Positions 31,106-44,016 of a stretch of DNA of 64,000 nucleotides are shown one piece after another. The position numbers and the translations under genes are program-made. This DNA comes from Chrysomallon squamiferum (taxonomy: Eukaryota; Animalia; Mollusca), in the NCBI GenBank assembly GCA_012295275.1, contig CM022671.1:21886001-21950000 (forward strand), in the 5' to 3' direction. Position 1 is the first letter of the stretch; each line of letters starts with the position of its first letter. The notes beneath the pieces are model-generated. The model saw only the letters and a program-made list of their open reading frames with translations, ran no database searches and was not told the origin of the DNA.

Positions 31106-31508
31106 ATTTTTTGCCAATTTCTAAATGTCTAACATTATGAGTATCACATTCAGTTAACAGCCAGAAGGAATCAGAAGACAAAAAAGGAAGTCTCTTTCAA
31201 AGATGGAATTCTTGATGATAAATATTTCCTCCAGCAAAATATTTCTATCTCATCCTTCCCATTTCAAAATCCTTTTTGGCTGAAGATAAGATTAATTCCA
31301 TTTATGAGCCTCAGCAACCATTACTGCAAAAAAACAACTCAAAATATATTTTGTGATTCTTGAAGGATAAAATTCTTGCAATCAGATTAATCTCCTCAGA
31401 TTGAACTCTTCTTTTTGGGGAGACTTCTTCTTTTTCCTTTTATTCATTTTTGTTGCTTTTGAAGCATCTTTAGATCACATCACTGGAGAGATAACTCTGT
31501 TTTTCTTG

Positions 31509-31667
31509 TTATGCTCCCCTACAAATCTGACTGATCATCATCTCTGAGTAGGCTGCATTTATCTCCCCTTCTACATGGTAAACAGCTGCTGGTCCAGTGC
31601 TTACAGTTTTCACAAGTCTTTTAGATCCTGCTGTTCGGAGGACATTTTCTTTCTTGGTCATAGTCAC
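31509..31667 (-). CDS. CPED1: CPED1 terminal exon
   Basis: VTMTKKENV...YHVEGEINAAYSEMMISQICRGA*. Confidence 0.9.
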   Translation of the reverse strand: MTMTKKENVLRTAGSKRLVKTVSTGPAAVYHVEGEINAAYSEMMISQICRGA

Positions 31668-32825
31668 CTGACAAATAACAAACATTTAACATAATTATAT
31701 ATTTAATGACAGGTATGGATATAAACAGGTTAATGGTTCATTCACTGAAAAATATAACATTTAAAGTAATTCAATCCAAATATGGATATCAATAAATTTG
31801 ATAGTGGTACTTTCACCTGAAAAATAAAATATTTAAAGCACCTAATCCAAATATAATGATATAAAGATGATAAGGGTTAATTATCTGAAAAAAAAATAAA
31901 AGATTGAAAAGCACTTGGTCCAAATATGTTTAACAATAAAGTTAAGTAGGATTCTTTCTCTGAAAAATAAAATATTTAGAGGCACCCGGTCCAAATTTGG
32001 ATGACAGCAACAGGGTAAGTATTCTCTGTCAGAAAATGACAACAGACAAACATTTTTGAAAATTGTTATTAAAATGTAATCCCATTGTCAGACACTTACC
32101 CTGTGGAAATGACAAGCACATTTTCCCTGAAGGAAATCTCTGTACCTAGCCATTGTCATGTTGTATGTGTCAATGACACTGAAGCCATTTGCCTTAGCAT
32201 ATCTCAGAGTGGCCAGGTTGTGAGTGAGAAGATGCTGATGATCTTTCTGCAAGACAAGGTGACTGATACAAACAGGCATATTTCAAGCATTAAAATGTTC
32301 ATTATTGTTGTTTTGGTTCTGACTTGTATTCCTTATCAATTTCTTGAAAATTATGTATTATATATATAGATATGTACATGTAATCTCTTCAGAAGATATG
32401 AATTTTTTAATAAATACATTTAAATGGAAGAATTAGAATATACTGAATATATAAAATAATTATGGAGTATGTGACACTATATAAATGCATTATTATTATT
32501 ATTATTATTATTATTTATTTATTTATTTTTTAAATTTATTTATTAAAGAGACACATTTTACAGTCTGACTCATTTGAAACATTAAATGTTTTATTACTGC
32601 TGTTTTAATTAATTAATTAATTAATGTTATGTTGCTATGTGGACACTCACCTTGGACAAACAGTGCACACCACTAACCGGCTGGTGAAAACCTGAACCTA
32701 AACCTTTTACAACTAGGTGAATACCAGTCAATCCTTCCCTGAAATGGTAATATTAGCCACAAAATTAGTTCTGATCTTTGCTGCTTTGATTAAGGCCCAA
32801 GGTCAATAATTAGTGATCCTGTTTT

Positions 32826-32877
<52 letters not shown>

Positions 32878-34493
32878 TTTGTTTATTATTATGTGTGTGT
32901 GTGTGTGTGTGTATGTGTGTGCATGCGTGTGTGTGTATGGCGCAGTCTGCTTTAAAGACTTTTAAAATAAAGGGTTCATTATTTCACTTGATTTCTTAAT
33001 CTGCTGCATGAAATAACCAATCACCTAATGTTAAAGTGTTTTTGATGTGGTACCTAAATCAATTCCAAGTGACTGTTTTATTTTAAATACAACCAAAAAT
33101 AACCAACCACCTTTTATTAAAAAAAAAAGAACAAAAAGAAGGCTTTATTATTATGAAACATTCAAATATATAAATATAATTAGGCTGGACATTATATAAG
33201 TTCTGAAGGGGTTGTTGTAAAATAAGGTCCAGGTTAATAAAATCCATGGCACAACTAGGACCTGTTTTCATGTTAATCAATCAACTGACCTGTTCAGAGC
33301 CTTGAGAACAACATCAATGTGATGTTTAGCCAACCAGTGGACACCACCAACAACCAGAACTGTGTCACTGTTGTTCTGTAGCGGTTTGTTCCTGGTGAAA
33401 GAAAAGGGTGGAAGAATTTAAATTTAGGTTTTATTTGACGAGTAAGTAAAAGTGAAGCATTTAAAAGTATTTATATTCTACACATATAGAAATGTATATT
33501 GGTACATAGCACATATACATTATTCACAAATGTATCTGGCTAAAACCCAACATATGTAATAGATAAACTATGCAATATAACAGACAAGCTATATATATAT
33601 ATATCTGTGTATGTGTATATATATATAAACAAGGGAAGTAACTATAAATTATATCAGTAGTCTCCCTTAGATAATAGAGATAATGACTGTACTTTCCAAC
33701 ATTTAAAAACAGAGAATTTGTTTGTCTCATTTTTCTATTAAAATTTACTTGTTAATATTCTTCTAAAAAAAAAAAAATTTGTTTAAGAAATTAATGAACA
33801 AAAATTAAAAAAAAAAACAATTTAATACATTCTGCTTAAATTATGTTTAACTTTCAGAAAGTGTTACCTTCTTATAATTTAACAGATTTCAAGATCTGAC
33901 TATGGAAGCAGATATATAACATAAGACTTACTTCTTGATGAGTTGGTACAGAGCTTTGTCTAGGACTGGTCTGTGTTCTGTGGGTAACCAGAACTGTGGG
34001 TAGTAGGCGAAGCTGAATGCGGTGTGGTTGTGGTTGAGGGTGGAGTAGACACGTAGATGATGTGTCTTGTCCCATTCATGCAGTGACCCGTTCACCTGTT
34101 CCATGATGTAGTGCAAGATGCCTCGATTCGTCGAGTCACCAATAAATAAAACCTGAAACATTCAGCGGATTTTTGTAAATATTTATACATATAATTTTCT
34201 GCTATATTTATGCTGTGTCGAATCTTATTGTGTCATAAATTGTGACATACTGAACAATATTTTGTCTGATGTAGTGTAGTGAATCATATGTTGTCATATT
34301 GCACTGCATCATCACATCACATCATATCAATTCATAAATATATCAGTTTTTTTTATACAGGTTTTAATTTATTTCATTAAAATATGTATGTATGTATACA
34401 TGGTTATGTTTTTCATATTGCAGAATTCTAATTTAGATAATTGTTTGTCATTGACTCCTGAACTTTATATACATATACATATATATATATGTG

Positions 34494-34547
<54 letters not shown>

Positions 34548-36892
34548 AAAATATATAGATAAAGCACTGTAAGATATTTTGCTAAAGAAATTCAACCTTT
34601 TTTATTATTATGTTTTTATTTTTTTTTTAAAATGTAAAAATTATAAACCTTTTTTCCAGAAAAGCACTGTTTAACTTTTCCTCTCGGTAACCACTGAAAT
34701 TTGCATTCATCTGGTTGCCACATAGCCTGTTGCCAATAGCAACTGTGAGTATCTGCACAGTTCTTGCATGGAACATACCATTTACCTTTAAAACAAAAAC
34801 CAAAACAAATCATTAAACAAAACTGTTAAATTATAAAAATACAAACAACATACAATAAAACAAAAGCTAATTTATCAAATTTGTATATCTCAGAAGAATT
34901 AAAACCTTTTAAGTAATTGCTATGGTTTTTCTTGATGATGATAATGACAGTTTAATGGTTGTAGACTAAAACAAAATGTATTGGTTATGATTACAATGAT
35001 ATTGATAACAGTAATGATTATGATATTGATAATACTGACAGTGATGGCAGTGATGGTAATGATGATGATGACAATGAGAAAATGTATTGAAATGTTGTAT
35101 AATGATGATAATGATGACTATAATGATAACAATATGTATTGCAAATATACTAGTTACCTGCAGCATCTCCAGATTGACACTGTGGTAATGACATGGATTT
35201 TTCTAGAAAGTTGTTCCACGTAATACCTGGCCCTACAATCTGCAGACCACAGGATTCCCTGGGGGCATATCTGAGAGCACAGTCCTAGAAAACAGTTACA
35301 ACTGTATCAGTTAAAAACATTCTCAGAAATAAAACACACAAGATTTAATATTTAAGGAAACTGTATTTAACTGGGAAAATAAAAACAGGCTAGATAAACT
35401 GAGCAATTAGAAAATATTATTTAATTTGTTTCTGAGAAAATATTATTTAATATGCACATAAAAATTTAAATATAAATATATATATATAAAATTTATACTA
35501 TATTATATGCATATGCATATATATATCATATCATATATATATATATATGATATATGATATATATATGCATACATATATACATACATACATACATACATAC
35601 ATACATACATACACACACACAAACACACACACACACACACACCTGTATATCATTATTTTCTCACCTGTTTCAAACTGCACACCTGGTGAGGAAATCCAGG
35701 TAAAAAAGTCGTCTGCTGGTGGTCAGGTGCTAATCTGTGTACAATGAGTGTGTACGTGTTCAGCACCCATGGCTCGGCATAACTCATATCGACAACGACA
35801 ACACTGATCCGATTTTCACCAATACCAACAGTGAAATTACCAACTCTGAAAGAAATAGAAAAAAAACTATGATTCGACTGATATGTTAAGAATTATAGAT
35901 CTAGTTTTTCAGTATAATGTATAGAAGGAATTAAAAATTCAAATAATACTCCCACATACACAGACATTGTTCTTGTTACACACACACATGAACACCCAAC
36001 ATATACATATATATCTCAAATCTAAAAAAACCCATCATTATGTAATTATCAGACAGTAATAGTCAAATTACTCAATGAGTTACTCACCTGCTCACTCCGT
36101 GCTTGTCCTCCATTCTGGCCTGTGATGAGCAGCTCTTGGCCAAAGCCCACACGGTGATATGTAAAACGTCATAGTCAACTGTGGTGTGATACTCCGTGGT
36201 GAAGGGAGAGAACTCTGGACTGAACGCAGACACTGGGTTAATGTAGAGTTTTTGAAGATACGGCATGCTGGCTGGGTCTGAAACAGGAGGAAAAGCAAAA
36301 CAATATTAAAAAGCGTTTTAAATAATAATGATAATGATTGTGATGATAATGATAATGATGACAATGATAAAATAAATAATAATGAAAGTGATGATAATGA
36401 TAATTATGATGATGATGATGATGATGATAATGGCTAGAGATTAGAAATAATAAAATATTTATGACATTTAGGAGATTAGCTGAAACTGATTTCAGATTCC
36501 TGAAGTCTGAAATATGTAGATGACAATGTCAAAGGAACATGTAACTTAAACACATTTATATAATCATATTTTTGTGTGTGTACTGATGAGTATGTATGTA
36601 ATATATGACTTTTGCATCTGGACATATAATGTATATGGATGTATCTCCATATGCTTTACCTACCTTTATCACATTGTATTTTTGCTTGTCCAGCTAAAAA
36701 ACAAAATAAGTATAAGAATAATAATAATAAACAAAACAATTTAATTAATAATAAGACAACTGGCAAACATTTGTAACTAAACAGAATGTAAATTATAAAA
36801 AGAGGAAAGACCAAAACAAAAAGATTTTATGATAGGAAAATTTATTATTAAAACATTTATAATTTAGAAACATTTATATCTAAAATAATAAC

Positions 36893-36950
<58 letters not shown>

Positions 36951-37830
36951 GTAATAATAAAAAAAACACAAAACAAACATACCAAGTATATGAGATAAGC
37001 TCTGGATTTTTGAACTGTTGATGTTTGGAACGCCTTCAAAATCGCTACAAATAAACAAACAAAAAATACTTAAACTGAATAATAATACAGGTTTGTTCAT
37101 TTCTGTACTTATGTAAAAGAATGAATCTGTGCTGATACATTTTATCTGAGCCTCAAAAAAGAAAAGAAAAAAACAAACAAACAAACAAACAAACAAACAC
37201 ACAAACAAACAAATAAATATATGAATACACAAAAAAAAAAATAAAAATAATAATATAATTGATGATGATGGTAATAATGATAAATAAAAATGCCAAATTA
37301 ATAATAATAAAATAATGATGATGATGAAATAAATGATAACAAAAATAAATAAATAAATAAAATAAAATAATAATAATAATAATAGTAACTGTAAGAATAA
37401 AAATGAAAATAAAAATACCAAAATAAGAAAATAAATAATAAATAAATAAAATAAAATAAAAAAAAATAAAATTAATTAAAATAAAATAAAATAAATAAAT
37501 AAACAAACAAACACACAAACTCACATAGGAATGTTCATGTCATCATAGGACAGGACAGTGTCCTCCTTGTCCAGGTCGGAGTAAAAGCTCTCAAGACTGA
37601 GAAGGTAGGAATGTAGATCAGCTGTGGACGTGTGACCGTTGCTGTGGGCAGGCGTGGCAGCCATGCCAGTTACACCCCTTGACACGGGGTACATTGTCTG
37701 AAGCAGACTGGTGTACTTCACTGCAGATGTGGATGGGTAAAGCTGAAAATAATAATAATGATAATAATAATAGTAATAATAATAAATAAATAAATAAATG
37801 AACAACAACAATAGTATTATTAGCAACAAT

Positions 37831-37903
<73 letters not shown>

Positions 37904-40616
37904 AATGAACAACAACAATAGTATTATTAGCAGCAATAGTTAATAATAATAATAATAATAATAACAATGATGATGATGATAATGATAATAGTAGTAGCAG
38001 TAGTTACAGTAATAATATTATTATTATGATTCATCATAATAACAACAATAATATTAATATCAATAATAACAATGATGGTTATAATTGAAGATGTCAATAA
38101 TAATAGTAATAATAATAATAATAACAATAACAATAACAATGATGATGACAATTATAACTATAACAAAAGCAACAACAATAATAATAAGAACAACAACAAC
38201 AACAATAATAAGAAGAAGAAAAAAAAGAAGAACAATAATAATAGTAATAATAACAATAATAAATTGATTTTCTTGATCTTTGAAGTTGTAATTTTTAAAA
38301 CTCAAGTCTTTATTTTCTTTTCATTCACTGACTGACTACACTGCCTAGAAACAATGTGTGACAAGTGCTAGAAAGCAAACCTTAATGAAGTTTCCTTTCT
38401 TGAAGAACTCTCTACGATTGTCCAGCGAGTACATCAGCTGGTCGTTAGAGAGACAAAATGTCTCATCAGAGTTGCACAAGCCTTTCTGAAAAATAAATAA
38501 CAAGACGTCAAACTATGCAGTATCATTATTAACATCTTGTTACAACCAGTACATGTTTAATTGTATTTTAACCTTTAACAAACAGTGCATAATGTTCTGT
38601 CTAATTATAAAAGTTTATATATTAAACTCCACCCAGGCCCGCCCTCAGGGTGAAGATATACAAGCCCAGGGGTGACAGTGACATTACTATCAAAGTAATA
38701 AGCTGTAAAATCTGTTTTATACAGTAATAAAATTTATTTTGTGTAGTAATAAAATATTTGTAATAAAATGTTTTACACAGTAACAGAATTAATTTACAAA
38801 ATAATAAATTCTGATTGACATAATAATAAAATCTAATTTACATAATAATAAAATCTATTTCAAATAGTAATAAAATCTATTTTACATAGTAATAATAACT
38901 CTTTTACATAGTAATAAAATATGTTACACACAGTAATAAAATCTATTTTACCAAGTAATAAAATGTTTTACACAGTAATAAAATCTATTATCAAATTATA
39001 TATAAAATCATTCATATAATTTATATTGTTTCCTTGAAATAATTAGGTTATATCATGTTGTATCATTGTAATGTACTGTATCATATCTTAACCTTTCATC
39101 ATATATCCTATCTTCTACTCCTGTTACATTATATCATTATAATAATCATATCATTTAATATACCGTTTTTTTTAGTTTTACAAAACAAACACAAACCTGA
39201 GTTGGAAGTGTTAGGCCAAGTTCACTAAGCCCCATAGCAACATCCTCGACTACAGTTTCCTTGGAAACCAGCATCACTGCCAAATCTTCTAGTATCCTCT
39301 GTCTCACAACATACTCATTGAGTGACGCCATTTTGCCTTTATGAGCATAAGGCTTCACCTATTAAATGTACAAGTCATATTTTGTACCAATTTTGTGATT
39401 TTCAAACTATGTTTTAAACATAAAATATCTGAAAATTCCCAAATAACAAATATAAGAAAAAACTTTTAATGGTAATTTTTTTAAATATATTAATTTCCAG
39501 GAGTTTGTTTCATTTTTATATATATATTTTTTAATTTGATATGCTATACTCTATTTTGAAACTGATCTTTCAATAAGCAAAATAAAAATGAAATAAATGT
39601 TAATAATATATTAAAACATTATAGCTAGACAAGGGAAACAACTCTTCAGGTAATAAGAATACTCTTCCTACCTGCAGCAAAAAAGGATGAAAAGTTTTAT
39701 TGAACACCATGGTTACTTCTAGTAGCTGGAAACAACTCTGACAACTGTAAGAAAAAATGTATTTGGTGCATTATTTAATTTAATATTTTCTAAGATATGG
39801 CATGAAAATTAATAAAATGAAACATTCATTAAATAAAAACAAATTAACCATTTTTAATCAGTCTAAGTTATTCTGCAGTACATCTGAATTTATTATTGTA
39901 TTTATTTTGTTTTTCAAAATATAAATCATTGGTTGAATTATAACATCTGGGTTAATTCAGGGAGAATTAGGAAAAATGGCAGCCTTCATATTCATTCTGG
40001 TATTTTATAACTTTCATACTTTAATTTTAACAAAGACTAGCCCCCAGTTAAAACAGTTAAAGCCAGTCACTTGAAAGTTTAGAAAGTGTATTTGAAGAAC
40101 ATGTCACTAGAAATAGATTTTTAATAAAACAAAATAATTACAAATTTTGATTATCCTATTAGAGCAATATGATGTTCTTATTTATGTAACAATCAAACAA
40201 ACAAAAAATGATAATAACAACAACAACAGTAATAAAGAAATAAAGGAAAAGAAAAAGAAAAGTATGAGAATAATTTTCCTACTTATTTCCTGTGTCCCTT
40301 TCATTGGCTGTAGACTCCAACATAAACATTGCCCGAACAATGGATTCCTCTATCTGACCAATGACAGCAGCCGACACATCCTGACCTTTGGTGTCAGTAA
40401 CCAACTGCTGGAGGTCTTGTATAGTCACACTTCTCTGTGGCTGAAAGAACAGAATTATGTTATGGTTTTAGGATAAAATGCTTTGTATTATTTTTTAAGA
40501 TAAATAGTTAACAGTAGTAAATATGAGAAGCTGAGTTTGAGATAACTAAAATAATTCATCACTAACATTTACCAGATTTAGGAACATTATTTGCTACAGA
40601 AGTGAATCAGTTATAA

Positions 40617-40663
<47 letters not shown>

Positions 40664-40902
40664 TACATACATATATACAAACATGTATACAAGCACACAT
40701 ACATGTATGTGTGTGTGTGTGTAAATATATAGTAATGCATATTTTATTTACATCTATTAAGAAAACTGTCTATTAATAAAAATATGTTTATGTTGTTATT
40801 ATTGTTAAATTGCCAACACTAGCGATAACGATGATTATTATTTATTTATTTATTATTTTAAATTTTTTATTTGGTAAATTTATTGCTGTTTCTTTATCAC
40901 CA

Positions 40903-40963
<61 letters not shown>

Positions 40964-41460
40964 GATTATTATTATTATTAAGATTGTTTTTCTTGTTGTT
41001 GTCGTTAACATTATTTTTGCTATGATTATCATCATCATCATCATCATTACTTTTTTTATCATTATTATCATCAGCATCATTTTCCAACATATTAAATCTT
41101 TCTGAAAACAAGTCTTAAAATGCATTATACCATACAGAGCACATGTTTACTTTGAAAACAAAACATTAAAAAAAATTTCACATACTCTTTCAAAAGCCTT
41201 TTCTTCAAATTAACGATTCTTTACCCTGCTTTTACTTGGCATTTACCTTCATTTCATTTTCAGTGAATTGCTTGAGCTACCTCACAAAAGCTTTATCAAT
41301 ATTTCATAGCTCTTCGCATCTTTCATTTTCATGTTTCAGTAAGCACCTAATACTTGTTAAAACATCTATTATAGTTTTGCACAGGTAAGTACACACTTGA
41401 TTGCAAGCATGAATTAAAGCAGTTCTCTGTTTATTTTTATCTCTGTAGTTTTATCTCTGT

Positions 41461-41493
<33 letters not shown>

Positions 41494-43453
41494 GTGAATC
41501 AATCAGATTCTATTTTAGTTATTAAAAATATCAATCAGATGATTAAAGTATCAGGTTAGGCAAATAAAATAAAAAATAAAATAAAAAAAATAAAATAATA
41601 ATAATCAAATAATTATCAGTTATCAGTTTTTTTTCAATCCATCAGTGCTTTTAAAAAGATAAAATTATTTGTTTTATTTATAATCAGAAAATAGTAACTT
41701 AATAAAATAAAAAATTAAAATTAAAAAAACCACAAATGCAATAATAAGTAAAAAGTAATAATTTATAACTTTTAAAATATTAATTTACTGTAGATTAAAT
41801 TTTTTTTTTTTTTTTAAATAATAAAAAATTAGTATTATAACTGTATGTCTTAAAAACTGACAAATAATCCATTAGATAAATTGTAATTCGAATGTAACTT
41901 TTATCATACCAGACATTGCTTCACAACTGGTGTAAAAGATATTATTTTCTCATATTAAAAATCTTTTGCTGGTAAGAGTAACAGGTTTCTTGTCTTTAAT
42001 TAACAAAAACAATGCTTGATTTTTTAAATTAATATCACATCATTAACTGTAATTCACCACAATACATGTGTGTCTGTGTGTGTGTCTATGTAATTATATA
42101 AATCAAATCTGCTTTTGCAGCCACCTCTGTATAACAACAACCTGTCTAATGCAGCCACTTGAGATTCCCACCACTCGGTATTTTATTATATGTTTAACTT
42201 TCAATGAGTGGCCATATTAGACAGTTATGACTACATAACTTAACTTGAGATATTAATAAACATTAATAACAAAATACAGTGATTAGATTTCATTAAATAT
42301 ATACAGTCCTTGCATATTTTTAAAACATCACCTTTTTGTATATATATGCACTGAACCCCTCCCAGGCCAGACCCTCGGGGTGAAGGTACAACCTCAGGGG
42401 TGACAGTGACATTACAAGTACATGCAACTGCACCACCAGTGGCTGTTTGTTAATGTGATAGATTCGAGGGGGAAGGGTGACAGCTACGCCCTGTCCTGGA
42501 AGGTATCTGAAAAAAAAAAAAATAATAATAATGATAAACTCAAAAATTTTAATTTTAGTTATTTATTAGGTAATCATTATAAAGTATTAGTGATAAAATT
42601 GTGTTTGCAAAACTTTTGGTTCACATGTATATATATCTGACCATTCTGTGTAAGTTATAAAACACTTAAAATGAGCCGCATTTAAAAAAATAAAAATAAA
42701 AAAAATAAAAAAATCGAAGATATTTATCTTTTAAAAGTTTAAAAAGAAAGAAAAAATCGGTTACACAAGACAAAATAAAATTAAAAAAACACCCTTGAAT
42801 CAGAAACAGTGTGTAAATCATAACAATAAACCATGAAAGTATATTGCACGTGAATTTATTTATTTATTTATCATATATAAATTTTAAATATCTGTGACTA
42901 TTAATTTTCATTCTTGCATATTGCAGTATGTCAGCATTTCATACATTAACTACTCGAAGTGGAAAAAAAATAAAAAAAATAAAAAAATTCACAGCAACAG
43001 TTGTGCAAAAACTAAATATATTATAACATTATAATTAACCACTTCATTACCAAACTTGGCTATAAAACTTTTAACTACAACAAAAGATGACAATCCCCTG
43101 GAACTATAGGCACAAGGTGCAGAGGTTAAAACTTTCACTCTTATAGTAGTCATTAAAGATACAGAATTATTCGGTTTTATGAGAAATTCTAAGACGTTAC
43201 TTTTGTTCATCTGCAAGTTGCGTGCAGTGTCGGAGAGAGGGCTGGATCCCATGTTCTCCAGCTTGCAAAACCCACATTGTGTGATTTCCACAACCAGCTT
43301 GCTTTCCTGATCCTTTCAGACTGGGTATCTGCTGGGGGAGCAGGAAACAGGAGAGAGGCTCTCCTTGCCATCTTCCTAAAAAAAATAAAAAGGAGAGCTT
43401 GAGTAAATTTATTTATCAGTATCTCAGTTTTATTTATTTATTTGTTTGTTTGT

Positions 43454-43492
<39 letters not shown>

Positions 43493-43970
43493 CTTACTTA
43501 TTCATTCATTCATTCATTCGTTTTGTTTTTAATTTTTATTTTTCATCTTTATGCTGAACTATCACAAATATACAGTATAACAGAGAAAAGGAAAAAGAGT
43601 GTTCTGCAGTAATAAATAATACAGTTGCTTGAAAACAAACAAAATGACTGTATTTCTGCACTAATAAACATTAAATAAATCATATAACTTTCTTTAAAAA
43701 GCCATAAAAAAATATATATATTGTATATGTCTGTACACGTCTAAATATGTGTATGTATTGCATGCATACACACACTCATACACACATACACAGACAAACA
43801 AAATCCACTGCCACAACAAAAATAACTGCAATTCCAGCATGTTGTCAACCGAACACCCTTTGTTAACTATTACTTATTGATCTGGTGATATTTCTAAATG
43901 ATCACAATTCAGAAAAGGGCAGGCTGTCTCTGAGCTGGTCTACACTGGGTGCAATACGAACCGTATCACA

Positions 43971-44016
<46 letters not shown>

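Noticed and set aside
41340-41390. Plus-strand exon-like / AG-GTAAGT site antisense to CPED1
   Set aside because: GTAAGT is expected many times by chance at this base composition; no other plus-strand exons could be chained.
42989-43291. 100-aa minus-strand ORF
   Set aside because: Wrong frame; the real CPED1 exon 43201-43375 uses another frame fixed by the flanking phases.
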